DNA of 64,000 nt from an uncultured Erysipelotrichaceae bacterium. GTDB lineage: Bacteria; Bacillota_I; Bacilli_A; RF39; UBA660. Below the pieces are notes generated by a model. It did no database searches. It had not been told where the DNA came from and saw nothing but the letters and a program-made list of their open reading frames with translations. The translations under genes and the position numbers were made by a program. Where the stretch lies: positions 40,872 through 104,871 of the forward strand of contig CADCJS010000001.1 in the NCBI GenBank assembly GCA_902801825.1, written 5' to 3'. Below, piece after piece: positions 10,676-22,900 of the stretch (its first letter is position 1; every line of letters starts with the position of its first letter).

Positions 10676-11065
10676 GTGAAAAAAATGGGGATTAATGAAG
10701 AAAATGTTTTAGCATTAGCGTATTTGGGAGATTCAGTATATGAATTAAGAATAAGAGATTATTTATTATCTTTAAATATACATAAAGTAAATAAATTACA
10801 AAAAGAAGCATTAAAATATGTAACTGCTAAGAAACAATGTATATTTATAAATTATTTTTTAGATAATAATTTACTAACAGAAGAAGAAATTGATATAGTT
10901 AAAAGAGGAAGAAATAAAAAGGTAAATTCACATCCTAAAAATACAGATATAGTTACTTATAAATGGGCTACTGCATTAGAATGTTTATTTGGGTATTTAT
11001 ATTTAAAGAAAGATAAAAATAGGATAGATGAATTAATAAAAATAATAATAGAGGTAAATTTATGA
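10676..11065 (+). CDS. mrnC: Mini-ribonuclease III
   Basis: ALAYLGDSVYELRIR catalytic signature. Sits upstream of rlmB-sigH, as in Bacillus yazC-yacO. Confidence 0.85.
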   Translation: MKKMGINEENVLALAYLGDSVYELRIRDYLLSLNIHKVNKLQKEALKYVTAKKQCIFINYFLDNNLLTEEEIDIVKRGRNKKVNSHPKNTDIVTYKWATALECLFGYLYLKKDKNRIDELIKIIIEVNL

Positions 11066-11754
11066 TAGTATTTGGAAGAAATGTATTTAATGAAATTATT
11101 AATAGTAATAAGAAAATATTAAAAGTATATTTACAAAATGATTTTAAAGATAAGGGAATATTAGAAAAAATAGATAATAATAATATTGAAGTCATAAAAA
11201 TGAATAAAAAGCAAATGAATAATAAGTTTGTTGGTAATCATCAAGGAATTGCTTTAGAAATAGAAGATTATAATTATTATAAATTAGATGATATCCTTGA
11301 TGAAGAAACAGTAGTATTATTAGATCATTTAGAAGATCCTCATAATTTAGGTGCAATAATTAGAACATGTGAAGCTGCAGGAATAAAATCTATAATTATT
11401 CCTAAAAAAAGAAGTGTAGATATTAATTATACGGTAATGAAAGTATCTGCAGGGGCTTTAAATAATGTTAAAATTGTTGAAACTAGTAATATAGTGAATG
11501 CTATAGAGAAATTAAAGAAAAATAATTATTGGATTTATTCGGCTGATATGAAAGGCACTAAATATACTGAAGTAGATTATAGTGGAAAAACAGCTATTGT
11601 TGTTGGAGCTGAAGGAAATGGTGTTAGTAGATTAGTTAAAGAAAAAAGTGATTTTTTAATAAGTATACCTATGGTAGGAAAAATAAATAGTTTAAATGCT
11701 TCTGTTGCAGCTGCTATAGTAATATATGAAGTATTTAGGCAAAAAAACAGGTGA
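11062..11754 (+). CDS. rlmB: 23S rRNA 2'-O-ribose methyltransferase, SpoU/TrmH family (RlmB/YacO)
   Basis: SpoU motifs DPHNLGAIIRT, VGAEGNGV and SLNASVAAAI. Confidence 0.85.
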   Translation: MIVFGRNVFNEIINSNKKILKVYLQNDFKDKGILEKIDNNNIEVIKMNKKQMNNKFVGNHQGIALEIEDYNYYKLDDILDEETVVLLDHLEDPHNLGAIIRTCEAAGIKSIIIPKKRSVDINYTVMKVSAGALNNVKIVETSNIVNAIEKLKKNNYWIYSADMKGTKYTEVDYSGKTAIVVGAEGNGVSRLVKEKSDFLISIPMVGKINSLNASVAAAIVIYEVFRQKNR

Positions 11755-11758
11755 TATA

Positions 11759-12370
11759 ATGTATAATAAAGAAAATGATAATGAATTAATTTACTTAGTT
11801 TCTGAAAGTAATGAAGATGCAAAAGAATTAATTTATGAAAAATATAGACCAATTATAGAAATGAAAGCAAAAAAATATGTTAAATTTGTTGTTAGTAAAG
11901 GTTATGATATGAATGATTTAATACAAGAAGGTATGATTGGTTTAACACAAGCAATAAATGATTTTAAAGAACAAAAAAATGTTCAATTTCAAACATTCGC
12001 AAATTTATGTATTGATAGAAAAATATTTAGTTTTATTAGAAATATTACAAGAGATAAACATAGATTATTAAATGAATCTATTTCTATTGATGCATCTTAT
12101 TCATCAACAGGAAAACCTTTAATAGAAATGTTATTTGATGAAAATAATATAAATCCTGAAGAAATATTTATTGAAAGAGAAACAAAATATGAACTATTTA
12201 ATAAAATAGATGAAAAATTAAGTAAGTCTGAAAAAGAAGTTTTTGATTTAAGAATGCAAGGATTTAGTTATAAAGAAATATCCGAATTATTAAATATTAC
12301 TTCTAAGGCAGTTGATGGAACTTTATCAAGAATTAAAAATAAAATAACAAATATATTAGAAAAAGATTGA
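11759..12370 (+). CDS. sigH: RNA polymerase sigma factor SigH
   Basis: Sigma-70 region 2 (DLIQEGMIGL) and a region 4 HTH (YKEISELLNITSKAVDGTLSRIK). Position upstream of secE-nusG. Start at the ATG preceded by AGGTGA. Confidence 0.8.
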   Translation: MYNKENDNELIYLVSESNEDAKELIYEKYRPIIEMKAKKYVKFVVSKGYDMNDLIQEGMIGLTQAINDFKEQKNVQFQTFANLCIDRKIFSFIRNITRDKHRLLNESISIDASYSSTGKPLIEMLFDENNINPEEIFIERETKYELFNKIDEKLSKSEKEVFDLRMQGFSYKEISELLNITSKAVDGTLSRIKNKITNILEKD

Positions 12371-12452
12371 CTAAGATAGTATTTTGTGATATTTTAGGAA
12401 TTAAGAAAGCACTTAAAGTGTTTTTTATTTTGAAAAAAGTTAAGGTGAAATT

Positions 12453-12665
12453 ATGTCAAAAATCAAAGATATCTTTTTAGATTTAAAAAAAGAAATAAAA
12501 AGAATAAGATGGTGTAAAGGAAAAAAACTAGTAAAAAATGTTATTGTTACATTAGGAACTATAGTATTTTTTGCAATATTTTTTGTATTAATACAATATG
12601 TGATTGTACTTGTTAAAATGATAGATTTTAAATCTATATTTGATACAATCAGTAATTGGTTTTAG
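12453..12665 (+). CDS. secE: Preprotein translocase subunit SecE
   Basis: 70 aa with a single C-terminal TM helix and the KEIKRIRW motif. Immediately upstream of nusG. Confidence 0.8.
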   Translation: MSKIKDIFLDLKKEIKRIRWCKGKKLVKNVIVTLGTIVFFAIFFVLIQYVIVLVKMIDFKSIFDTISNWF

Positions 12666-12674
12666 GAGTGAATT

Positions 12675-13214
12675 ATGGAAGAAAAACAATGGTATGTCGT
12701 AAATACTTATTCTGGACATGAAAATAAAGTAAAAGAAAAATTAGATATGCGTATCCAATCTATGAATATGCAAGATTATATTTTTAGAGTAATAGTTCCT
12801 GAAGTAACAGAAACTGAAATTAAAGATGGTAAGAAAAAAGAAAAAGTAAAGAAACTATTTCCAGGATATGTATTAGTAGAAATGATAATGACAGATGAAG
12901 CATGGTATGTTATAAGAAATACTCCAGGTGTTACTGGATTCTTAGGATCATCAGGTAAAGGTGCTAAACCATTTCCTTTAATGAAATCAGATATAGATAA
13001 TATATTTAAAATTATGGGTATATCTGATAAGAAGGTTACAGTTGATCTTAATGAGGGAGATAGAGTTAAAATAACTGATGGACCATTTAAATTAATGGTA
13101 GGTAAAGTTTTAGAAATAGATAAAGATAATTCTATTGCAAAAGTATCAATAGATTTATTTGGTCAAGAGACTACAGTTGAAGTAAATTTAACAGATGTAG
13201 AGATTGATAAATAG
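12675..13214 (+). CDS. nusG: Transcription termination/antitermination factor NusG
   Basis: NGN domain (WYVVNTYSGHENKV) and KOW domain (GDRVKITDGPF). Confidence 0.95.
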   Translation: MEEKQWYVVNTYSGHENKVKEKLDMRIQSMNMQDYIFRVIVPEVTETEIKDGKKKEKVKKLFPGYVLVEMIMTDEAWYVIRNTPGVTGFLGSSGKGAKPFPLMKSDIDNIFKIMGISDKKVTVDLNEGDRVKITDGPFKLMVGKVLEIDKDNSIAKVSIDLFGQETTVEVNLTDVEIDK

Positions 13215-13280
13215 TAGTTGCATTTTTTATTTAAAAATGCTAAAATAATTTCGCACTATATTTTTTTAGATATAGATGAA

Positions 13281-13310
13281 AGTGGGAGGCAGAAAGTCAT
13301 TTGTACCACT
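13281..13310 (+). promoter_or_regulatory. Candidate L1-binding autoregulatory stem-loop in the rplK leader
   Basis: AGTGG-GAGGCAGAAAGTC...-CCACT hairpin. A near copy of the same GTGGGAGG...CCAC element lies upstream of rplA. Confidence 0.35.
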
Positions 13311-13338
13311 CACGAAAATATTATAGGAGGTGTTTTTC

Positions 13339-13764
13339 GTGGCAAAGGAAATAATTAATAAAATTAAACTTCAAATTCCTGCTGGAAGAGCAACAGCTGC
13401 ACCACCAGTTGGAACTGCATTAGGTCCTGCCGGTATTGCACTACCAGATTTTATCAATAGATTTAATGAAGCAACTAAAGATAAAATGGGTGATGTATTA
13501 CCAGTTGAAGTATATGTTTATGATGACAGATCTTTTGATTTCAAAGTAAAAACTCCACCTGCTGCATTCTTAATTAAGAAAGCTGCTGGAGTTAAAAAAG
13601 CATCAAGTACTGGTTCAAAAGAAATTGCTGGATCAATTACAAAAGATCAATTACGTCAAATTGCAGAAACAAAATTACCAGATTTAAATGCGAACGATAT
13701 TGAAGGCGCTATGAGAATTATTGAAGGTACTGCTAGAAATATGGGTATCGAAATTAAGGATTAA
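13339..13764 (+). CDS. rplK: 50S ribosomal protein L11
   Basis: GTG start 7 nt after AGGAGG. Conserved KLQIPAG...APPVG...LG sequence. Confidence 0.95.
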   Translation: MAKEIINKIKLQIPAGRATAAPPVGTALGPAGIALPDFINRFNEATKDKMGDVLPVEVYVYDDRSFDFKVKTPPAAFLIKKAAGVKKASSTGSKEIAGSITKDQLRQIAETKLPDLNANDIEGAMRIIEGTARNMGIEIKD

Positions 13765-13783
13765 GAAACATATAGTATAACTA

Positions 13784-13812
13784 TGTGGGAGGAAAAATCC
13801 GTTAAAACCACA
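13784..13812 (+). promoter_or_regulatory. Candidate L1-binding autoregulatory stem-loop abutting the rplA SD
   Basis: TGTGG-GAGGAAAAATCC...-CCACA hairpin ending 1 nt before the rplA SD AAGGAGG. Confidence 0.4.
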
Positions 13813-13825
13813 AAGGAGGATTAAA

Positions 13826-14530
13826 ATGAAGAAAGGTAAAAAATATATTAAAGCATCTGAATTAGTAGAAAAAAATAAATTATATACTAAAGAAGAAGCA
13901 GTTAAATTAGTTAAAGAAACTTCAACTTCAAAATTTGATGGAACAGTTGAAATAGCTATGAATTTAAATGTTGATCCTAAAAAAACTGATCAACAAATTA
14001 GAGGAGCAGTTGTTTTACCAAATGGAACTGGAAAATCAAAAAAAGTTTTAGTTTTAACAAAAAATACTGATCAAAAAAATGCTGCTAAAGAAGCAGGTGC
14101 TGATTTTATTGGGGATGACGACTTAATTGAAAAAATGCAAAAAGAAAATTGGTTTGATTTTGATATTATAGTTGCAACTCCAGAAATGATGCCTAGTTTA
14201 GGTAAATTAGGAAAAGTTTTAGGTCCTAAAGGATTAATGCCAAATCCAAAAACAGGAACAGTTACTACTGATACAAAGAAAGCTGTTGAGGATGTTAAAA
14301 AAGGTAGAGTAGAATTTAGAACAGATAGTTATGGTAATATTCATGCACTTGTTGGTAAAGTTTCATTCGATGAAAAAAAATTAATCGAAAACTTAAATAC
14401 AATTGTAAGAGTTATAGTTAAATCTAAACCAGTAGCTGTTAAAGGAAATTTTGTTAAAAATATTTCTATATCTTCTACAATGGGTCCTGGAATTAAAGTT
14501 GATATTAATTCATTTGACAAATTAAATTAA
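13826..14530 (+). CDS. rplA: 50S ribosomal protein L1
   Basis: 234 aa with canonical L1 sequence ([17 protein letters not shown]..., [10 protein letters not shown]). Confidence 0.95.
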   Translation: MKKGKKYIKASELVEKNKLYTKEEAVKLVKETSTSKFDGTVEIAMNLNVDPKKTDQQIRGAVVLPNGTGKSKKVLVLTKNTDQKNAAKEAGADFIGDDDLIEKMQKENWFDFDIIVATPEMMPSLGKLGKVLGPKGLMPNPKTGTVTTDTKKAVEDVKKGRVEFRTDSYGNIHALVGKVSFDEKKLIENLNTIVRVIVKSKPVAVKGNFVKNISISSTMGPGIKVDINSFDKLN

Positions 14531-14689
14531 TTAATATATAATATTGATTGTTGAAAAAGTTTATGTACCGAAGACAGTAAGTGTTTTTAAACTTAATATC
14601 TTACCGAGGACAATACTTATTACTTATATATAATAGGTCTTTGTTCTTAGTACAAAGACTTTTTTAATTAAACAAGCAAGGAGGAAAGT
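14531..14689 (+). promoter_or_regulatory. Ribosomal protein L10 leader with attenuator terminator
   Basis: 160-nt untranslated leader before rplJ containing ACCGAAGACAG...ACCGAGGACA elements. It ends in a GTCTTTGT/ACAAAGAC hairpin (14637-14659) plus a T-run. Confidence 0.6.
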
Positions 14690-15181
14690 ATGGCTAATTC
14701 AAAGATACTTGAAGCAAAACAACAAGTTATTAATGAAATTTCAGAAATAGCAAAGAATAGTGCTTCATTTATATTATTTGATTATCGTGGTCTTACAGCC
14801 GAAGAAACTACAATGCTTCGTAGAAAACTTCGCGAAAGTGGAGCTACATACAAAGTATGGAAAAATACTTTAGCTAAAAGAGCAATGGATAGTTTAAATT
14901 ATGATCTTGATTATTGTCTTAATGGTCCTAGTGCAATGGCATATTCTGATGATTCTGTTGCAGCAATCAAAGTATTAAGTGATTTTGCAAAAGAACATCC
15001 AGCCTTAGAAATTAAGGGAGGAATTGTTGACGGAAAAGTAGCTACTTTAGAAGAAATAAAAGAATTATCTACTATTCCATCAAGAGAAGGATTACTTACT
15101 ATGCTTGCTGCTGGACTTTATGGTACAGTTAAAGATTTATCAATCGCTTTAAATTTACTTAGCGAACAAAAAAGTGAATAA
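14690..15181 (+). CDS. rplJ: 50S ribosomal protein L10
   Basis: 163 aa of canonical L10. SD AAGGAGG. Confidence 0.95.
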   Translation: MANSKILEAKQQVINEISEIAKNSASFILFDYRGLTAEETTMLRRKLRESGATYKVWKNTLAKRAMDSLNYDLDYCLNGPSAMAYSDDSVAAIKVLSDFAKEHPALEIKGGIVDGKVATLEEIKELSTIPSREGLLTMLAAGLYGTVKDLSIALNLLSEQKSE

Positions 15182-15203
15182 TTATTAAAGGAGGAAATTT
15201 ATT

Positions 15204-15572
15204 ATGGCTAAATTAAATGCAAAAGATTTTATTGCTTCATTAAATGAAATGAATTTATTAGAAATTAAAGAATTAGTAGACGCTATGAAAGAAGAATATG
15301 GTATTGATCCAACTGCTGTTGCAGCTGCTGCTGCTCCTGCTGCTGGTGCTGCTGCTGATGAACCAACTGCAGTTACTGTTAATTTAGTAAATGCTGGAGC
15401 ATCAAAAATCCCAGTTATTAAAGTAATTAAAGAAATTACTGGATTAGGATTAAAAGAAGCTAAAGATATAGCTGATAATGGCGGAGCTATTAAAGAAAAT
15501 ATTTCTAAAGATGAAGCTAATGATATTAAAGCTAAGCTTGAAGAAGCTGGAGCTACTGTAGAAATAGCATAA
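15204..15572 (+). CDS. rplL: 50S ribosomal protein L7/L12
   Basis: Ala-rich hinge (AAAAAPAAGAAA) and a conserved C-terminal domain. Confidence 0.95.
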   Translation: MAKLNAKDFIASLNEMNLLEIKELVDAMKEEYGIDPTAVAAAAAPAAGAAADEPTAVTVNLVNAGASKIPVIKVIKEITGLGLKEAKDIADNGGAIKENISKDEANDIKAKLEEAGATVEIA

Positions 15573-15573
15573 T

Positions 15574-15604
15574 AAAAAAAGACTTTTAAATAAGTCTTTT
15601 TTTT
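15574..15604 (+). terminator. Intrinsic terminator after rplL
   Basis: AGACTT-N6-AAGTCT hairpin followed by T8. Confidence 0.75.
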
Positions 15605-15620
15605 GTTATTATATTTTTAG

Positions 15621-16217
15621 GTGAATGAAATGAATCAATATTTTAATAATAATTCTAATTTAGAAAGTAATATTGTGGAAAACAAAGTTAATATTAACGG
15701 TTTTGATTATATATTTTATACAGATAATGGAGTATTTAATAAAAAAGGTTTAGATTTTGGTACAAGATTATTATTAGAAAATATTAATTTAAATGGTAAA
15801 AATAGTTTTTTAGATATGGGATGTGGTTGTGGTGTTGTTGGATTATTTTTATTAAAAAATAATCCACAGTATATTATTGATATGGTAGATGTTAATAATA
15901 GAGCACTTGAATTAACTAAAAAATCATTAAATAAAAATAAGTTAGAAGCAAATGTTTTTTATAGTGATACTTATATTAATATAAATAAAAAATATGATTG
16001 TATAATAACTAATCCACCTATTCATGCTGGAAAAAAAGTTGTATATGACATAATTAAAAATGGAAAAAATTATTTAAATAATAATGGTGAAATATGGATA
16101 GTTATGAGAAAGGATCAAGGTGCTTTATCTATGATGAAAGATATGATAGATTATTATAATTTTGAAATAATTAAAAAGGCTAAAGGCTTTTATATTATTT
16201 GTGGAAAAATTAAGTAA
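15621..16217 (+). CDS. Class I SAM-dependent rRNA methyltransferase (RsmC/YbxB-like)
   Basis: DMGCGCGVVG SAM motif and the NPPIHAG catalytic motif. Occupies the ybxB position between rplL and rpoB. Confidence 0.8.
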   Translation: MNEMNQYFNNNSNLESNIVENKVNINGFDYIFYTDNGVFNKKGLDFGTRLLLENINLNGKNSFLDMGCGCGVVGLFLLKNNPQYIIDMVDVNNRALELTKKSLNKNKLEANVFYSDTYININKKYDCIITNPPIHAGKKVVYDIIKNGKNYLNNNGEIWIVMRKDQGALSMMKDMIDYYNFEIIKKAKGFYIICGKIK

Positions 16218-16350
16218 TCTTTTTTTTATTTTTTATTAAAATATATTGACTTATTTGCTTATTTTTGATAACATCTTAAATTGGTACTATGTCCTTTTCT
16301 AACCTTTTTGGACATGTTCTTTGAAATATTATTGTTAGGGGTGAAGACGC

Positions 16351-19300
16351 GTGGCTTTTAAAATAAAAAAAGTATGTAAAGATCGTGAAAGAAGAGATTT
16401 TTCTAGAATGTCTAATTCTTTAGAATTAAAGGGATTATTAGACATTCAAAAAGAATCTTATGATTGGTTAATAACTGAAGGAATAAAAGAAGTTATTGAA
16501 GAACAATTTCCTGTTGAAAACTTTTCAGGAACTATGTCGTTAGAAATAACTGATTATTCTTTTGATGAACCAAGATTTAGTATTAAGGAATGCAAAGAAA
16601 GAAAAACTACTTATGCAGCACCTTTAAAAGTACAAGCAAGATTATTTAATAATGAAACTGGAGAAGTTAAAGAACAAGAATTATTCTTTGGTGATTTACC
16701 ATTAATGACTGATAGTGGTACATTCATTATTAATGGTGCAGAGAGAGTTATTGTATCTCAACTTGTACGTTCACCTAGTGCTTATTTTGGCGTAGAAACA
16801 GATAAAAATGGAAGAAAAATATTTACATCTCAAATAATTCCAAATAGAGGTACTTGGCTTGAATTTAAATTAAATAGCAAAGATGGAGTAGATATTAAAA
16901 TTGATAGAAACAGAAAAGTAACTGTTACTACTTTTTTAAGAGCTTTTGGTTTGTCTTCAAACGAGGATATATTAGATTTATTTGGTGAAGATGAATATTT
17001 ATTAAACACATTAGAAAAAGATTCTACAACAAATACTGATGAATCATTAATAGAAATATATGAGAAATTAAAACCAGGAGAACCAGCAACATTAGATAGT
17101 GCTAAAAACCATTTAATAACTCATTTCTTTGATCAATTTAGATATGATCTATCTAAAGTTGGTAGATATAAATTTAATAAAAAATTAGATGTATGTGATA
17201 GAATATATAATCAAGTTTTAGCTGAAGATATAAAAGTAGATGGTAAAGTAAAATTTGCTAAAGGAACTTTAGTTGATAGAGAAGTATTTAATGAATTAAA
17301 AGAATTATTACATAATGGATTAAATTTAGTTGAAGTTAAAATAAATGATGAATTAGATTCTTATAATAAAGTTCAAATAGTTAAAGTATATGCACCTAAT
17401 GATAAAGAAAAAATTGTTAAAATAATTGGTAATGATCCAAGTATTACTGTCAAAAGATTAACAATTTCTGATATATATGCATGTGTATCTTATTATTTAA
17501 ACTTATTACAAGGTATTGGGCATATAGATGAAATAGACCATTTATCAAACAGAAGAGTTAAACAAGTTGGTGAATTAATTCAAAATCAATTTAGAATTGG
17601 TGTAACTCGTATGGAAAGAGTTATTCGTGAAAGAATGACAACTATTGAAGAAGCAGATGCAACACCAAAATCATTAATAAATATTAGACCAATAACTGCT
17701 GTTATTAAAGAATTTTTTGGTAGTTCACAATTATCACAATTCATGGATCAAGTTAATCCAATATCAGAATTAACAAATAAGAGACGTTTATCAAGTTTAG
17801 GACCTGGAGGATTATCAAGAGAAAGAGCTGCTATGGAAGTTCGTGACGTTAACGAGTCACACTATGGTAGAATTTGTCCAATTGAATCACCTGAAGGACA
17901 AAACATCGGTCTTATTACATCTCTTGCAAACTATGCAAAAGTAAATGAATATGGATTTATTATGTCACCATATAGAAGAGTAAAAGATGGTGTTTTACAA
18001 GAAGAAATAGATTATTTAACTGCCGATGAAGAATTAGACTATATTATTTCACAAGCAACAGTTAAAGTTGATAAAGATAAAATTGTAGATGAAGAAGTTG
18101 CAGCAAGATATAGAGGAGAAAATATAATTGCAAAAACTAAAGATGTTAATTATATAGATGTTTCTCCACAACAAATTATATCTGTAACTGCATCTTGTAT
18201 TCCATTCCTAGATCACGATGATGCCCACAGAGCATTAATGGGTGCAAACATGCAACGTCAAGCATTACCTTTATTAAAGGCTGAAGCTCCATTTGTAGGT
18301 ACTGGTGGAGAATACATGATAGCAAGAGATTCAGGTGCAACAGTAGTAGCAAAAGCTGATGGTGTAGTTGAATATGCTGATGGTAAAAAGATAGTTGTTA
18401 AAACTGTTGGTGGAAAAGATGTTTATACATTAATGAACTTTGAAGGTTCAAACAACAATACATGTTATCATCAAAAACCAATAGTTAAAGCTGGAGAAAA
18501 AGTTACTAGAGGTATGATAATTGCTGATGGACCAAGTACTGATAAAGGTGAATTAGCACTTGGTAAAAATATGACAGTAGCATTTACAACATTTGATGGA
18601 TACAACTACGAAGATGCGATTGTATTAAATGAAAGATTAGTTAAAGATGATGCATTTACATCTATTCATATTGAAAGTTTCTCTATTCAATGTAGAGATA
18701 CAAAATTAGGACCTGAAGAAATTACTAGAGATATTCCTAACGTTTCTGAAGATGCAATTAAGAACTTAGATGCAAATGGTATTATTAGAATAGGTACAGA
18801 AGTTAAAGAAAATGATATATTAGTAGGTAAAGTAACTCCTAAAGGTATGGTTGAATTAACTTCAGAAGAAAAATTGTTACATGCTATATTTGGTGAAAAA
18901 ACAAGAGAAGTTCGTGACACATCTCTACGTGTTCCAAATGGTGCAGCTGGTATTGTTCACGATATTAAAGTATATACTAAGAAAGATAATGATGAACTTC
19001 CAAGTGGAGTAAGTAAAGAAATAAGAGTATATATAATTCAAAAGAGAAAAATTCAAGTTGGAGATAAAATGGCAGGTAGACATGGTAACAAAGGTGTTAT
19101 TTCATTAGTATTACCAGAAGCTGATATGCCATTTTTACCAGATGGTACTCCAGTTGATATTTGTTTAAACCCACAAGGTGTTCCATCAAGAATGAACCTT
19201 GGACAAGTTCTAGAATTACACTTAGGTATGGCTGCAAAAGAACTTGGAGTATATTGTTCAACTCCAAACTTCGATGGTGCTAAAATAGAAGATATTCAAG

Positions 19301-19914
19301 AAATGATGAAAGAAGCAAATTTACCTGAAGATGGTAAAACAGTATTATATGATGGTAGAACTGGTGAACCATTTGAACAAAAAGTTGCAGTAGGTGTTAT
19401 GTACATGATTAAACTTGATCACATGGTTGATGATAAGTTACATGCACGTTCAACTGGTCCATATTCATTAGTTACTCAACAACCATTAGGAGGTAAAGCT
19501 CAATTTGGTGGTCAAAGATTTGGTGAAATGGAGGTTTGGGCTTTATACGCGTATGGAGCTGCAAATGTCTTACAAGAAATCTTAACTATTAAATCAGATG
19601 ATGTTGTTGGAAGAGTAAAAGTATATGAAGATATAGTAAAAGGAAACAGAATACATCAAGCTGGAGTTCCAGAAAGCTTTAGAGTATTAATAAAAGAATT
19701 CCAAGCATTAGGTCTAGATATAAGTATGATAAATGATAAAGGTGAAGAAATAGGTATTACTGAATTAGAATCTTTAGAAAATAAAGAGAATAATGCTTTA
19801 TCTTTAGATGAAATTGAAATAAATAATATTAAGAAAAATGAATTAGAAAATAAAGAAATAGTTGATTCAGAAGAAACTGAAGAATCTATAGATGAAGGGG
19901 AGGTTAATGAATAA
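16351..19914 (+). CDS. rpoB: DNA-directed RNA polymerase beta subunit
   Basis: 1187 aa, unmistakable RpoB. GTG start after GGGGTGAAG. Acidic C-terminal tail. Confidence 0.98.
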   Translation: MAFKIKKVCKDRERRDFSRMSNSLELKGLLDIQKESYDWLITEGIKEVIEEQFPVENFSGTMSLEITDYSFDEPRFSIKECKERKTTYAAPLKVQARLFNNETGEVKEQELFFGDLPLMTDSGTFIINGAERVIVSQLVRSPSAYFGVETDKNGRKIFTSQIIPNRGTWLEFKLNSKDGVDIKIDRNRKVTVTTFLRAFGLSSNEDILDLFGEDEYLLNTLEKDSTTNTDESLIEIYEKLKPGEPATLDSAKNHLITHFFDQFRYDLSKVGRYKFNKKLDVCDRIYNQVLAEDIKVDGKVKFAKGTLVDREVFNELKELLHNGLNLVEVKINDELDSYNKVQIVKVYAPNDKEKIVKIIGNDPSITVKRLTISDIYACVSYYLNLLQGIGHIDEIDHLSNRRVKQVGELIQNQFRIGVTRMERVIRERMTTIEEADATPKSLINIRPITAVIKEFFGSSQLSQFMDQVNPISELTNKRRLSSLGPGGLSRERAAMEVRDVNESHYGRICPIESPEGQNIGLITSLANYAKVNEYGFIMSPYRRVKDGVLQEEIDYLTADEELDYIISQATVKVDKDKIVDEEVAARYRGENIIAKTKDVNYIDVSPQQIISVTASCIPFLDHDDAHRALMGANMQRQALPLLKAEAPFVGTGGEYMIARDSGATVVAKADGVVEYADGKKIVVKTVGGKDVYTLMNFEGSNNNTCYHQKPIVKAGEKVTRGMIIADGPSTDKGELALGKNMTVAFTTFDGYNYEDAIVLNERLVKDDAFTSIHIESFSIQCRDTKLGPEEITRDIPNVSEDAIKNLDANGIIRIGTEVKENDILVGKVTPKGMVELTSEEKLLHAIFGEKTREVRDTSLRVPNGAAGIVHDIKVYTKKDNDELPSGVSKEIRVYIIQKRKIQVGDKMAGRHGNKGVISLVLPEADMPFLPDGTPVDICLNPQGVPSRMNLGQVLELHLGMAAKELGVYCSTPNFDGAKIEDIQEMMKEANLPEDGKTVLYDGRTGEPFEQKVAVGVMYMIKLDHMVDDKLHARSTGPYSLVTQQPLGGKAQFGGQRFGEMEVWALYAYGAANVLQEILTIKSDDVVGRVKVYEDIVKGNRIHQAGVPESFRVLIKEFQALGLDISMINDKGEEIGITELESLENKENNALSLDEIEINNIKKNELENKEIVDSEETEESIDEGEVNE

Positions 19915-22900
19915 TGGATGCAAATAAATTTGAAGGATTAAAAATATCAATAGCGTCTCCTGAAAAAATCAGAAAATGGTCTTATGGTGAAGTTAAAAAA
20001 CCAGAAACAATAAATTATAGAACTTTAAAACCAGAAAAAGATGGATTATTTTGTGAAAAAATATTTGGTCCATCAAAGGATTATGAATGTTCATGTGGAA
20101 AATATAAAAGATTAAGATATAAAGATATAATATGTGATAGATGTGGAGTTGAAGTTACTTCTTCTAAAGTTAGAAGAGAACGTATGGGACATATTGAACT
20201 AGCAACTCCTGTATCTCATATTTGGTTCTTTAAGGGAGTACCTTCTAGAATGGGATTAGTTTTAGACATGTCTCCTAGAGAATTAGAAGAAGTATTATAC
20301 TTTGTTAGTTACGTAGTTATTGATCCAGGTAAAGCCCCATTAACTAAAAAACAAACTTTATCTGATAAAGAATATAGAGTATATTATGAAAAATATGGAG
20401 ATTCTTTTGAAGTAGGTATGGGTGCTGAAGCCATTAAGAAATTATTACAAGAAGTTGATATTCAAGAAGAAATCAATAAATTACAAAAAGAATTAGAAGA
20501 TGCACAAGAACAAAAAAGGGTTAGATTATTAAAAAGGTTAGAAATATTAGATGCATTTAATGAATCAGGTAATAAGCCAGAATGGATGATTTTAGATTGT
20601 ATACCAGTTATTCCTCCAGAACTTAGACCTATGATTCAATTAGATGGTGGAAGATTTGCAACATCTGATTTAAATGATTTATATAGAAGAGTTATTAATA
20701 GAAATAATCGTTTAAAGAAATTATTAGAATTAAATGCTCCTTCAATTATTGTTCAAAACGAAAAGAGAATGTTACAAGAAGCAGTTGATGCATTATTTGA
20801 TAATGGTAGACGTGGAAGAAATGTAACTGGTCCATCTAATAGAGCATTAAAATCTTTAAGTAGTATGCTTAAAGGTAAACAAGGTAGATTTAGACAAAAC
20901 TTATTAGGAAAACGTGTTGACTATTCAGGACGTTCAGTTATAGTTGTTGGTCCAAATTTAAAAATGTATCAATGCGGTATTCCAAAAGAAATGGCATTAG
21001 AATTATTTAAACCTCATGTTATTAGAGGATTAGTAGAAAAAGAAATAGTTCATAATATTAAATCTGCTAAAAAAATGATTGAAAATCAAGATGATAGAGT
21101 ATGGGATATCGTTGAGGAAGTTATTCAAGGACATCCAGTATTATTAAACCGTGCTCCAACATTACATAGACTTGGTATTCAAGCATTTGAACCTAAATTA
21201 ATTGATGGAAAAGCTATTAGATTACATCCACTTGTTTGTCCTGCATTTAATGCTGACTTCGATGGTGATCAAATGGCAGTTCATGTTCCATTAAGTTTAG
21301 AAGCACAAGCAGAAGCTAAAATATTAATGCTTGGTTCAAATAATATCTTAAAACCTAGTAGTGGTGAACCAGTAGTTGCACCAGCACAAGACATGGTTTT
21401 AGGTAACTACTTCTTATCAATTGAAAAGAAAAATGATAATGAAGGAAGAATATTTAAAAATAGTAATGAAGCTTTAATGGCTTATGAAAGAGGAGAACTA
21501 GATTTACATACTAGAATTGTGGTTCCAGTTAATTCTTTCCATCATAAAGTATTTTTAGATAATCAAAAAGATAAATATTTAATAACAACAATTGGTAAAT
21601 TAACATTTAATGAAATTTTACCTGATACTTATCAATATATAAATGAAGGAACAAATGAAAATATAGAAAAAGCAACTCCAGATAAATATTTAGTAAAGAT
21701 GGGTACAAATTTAAAAGAATATATTAATTCATTAGATTTAGCTGAACCAATTAAAAAGAAAAATTTAGTTAATATTATCGCACAAATATTTAAGAGATAT
21801 AAAACTAATGAAACATCTCAAATGTTAGATGCATTAAAAGATTTAGGATTTAAATATTCTACTTTATCAGGTATTACTATGTCATTATTTGATGTTGTAA
21901 CTAGTGATAAAAAAGAAAAAATTATTGAAGATGGTAAAAATAAAGTTGAACAAATAGCTAAACAATATAAAAGAGGATTAATTACTGAAGATGAAAGATA
22001 TGAAAAAACATTGGAAGTATGGTCAAAAGCAAAAGAAGATGTTATTGAAGAACTTGCTAATATAGCAAATGAAAATAGCGATAATCCAGTATTTATAATG
22101 ATGAATTCTGGTGCACGTGGATCTTTAGACCAATTCTCACAAATGGCTGGTATGCGTGGATTAATGGCTAAGCCAAATGGTAAAACCGTTGAAATTCCTA
22201 TTACTTCAAACTTTAAAGAAGGTATGAGCGTATCTGAATACTTCTTATCTACACATGGAACTCGTAAAGGTAACGTTGATACAGCATTAAAAACTGCAAA
22301 CTCTGGTTACTTAACTAGAAGATTAGTTGATGTTGTACAAGATATAGTAGTTAAAGAAGCAGATTGTGGAACAATCCAAGGTGTATTAGTTAAAGCGCTT
22401 GTAAATGAAAAAGATGGAAGTATAATTGAATCTTTAAAACAAAGAATAGTTGGAAGATTTACTAATAAAAAAGTTATTAATCCAAAAACAAAAGATTTAA
22501 TAATTGATAAAAATGAATATATAACTGAACAAATAGCAGATAAAATAATAGCTGCTGGAATAGAAGAATTAGAAATAAGAACAACACTAACTTGTAAAAC
22601 TCATGACGGTGTTTGTCAAAAATGTTATGGTAGAAACTTAGCTACTAATAATATTGTAGAAATTGGTGAAGCTGTAGGTATTATGGCAGCTCAATCAATT
22701 GGTGAACCAGGTACTCAGTTAACAATGAGAACATTCCACAGTGGTGGTGTTGCTTCAGGCGAAGATATAACTCAAGGTTTACCTCGTGTTGAAGAAGTAT
22801 TTGAAGCTAGAATTCCTAAAATTAAAGCATCAGTTGCAGAAGTTGCAGGAAAAATTACAAATATTGAAAATCTAAATGGTAAATTTAAAATTAGTATATC

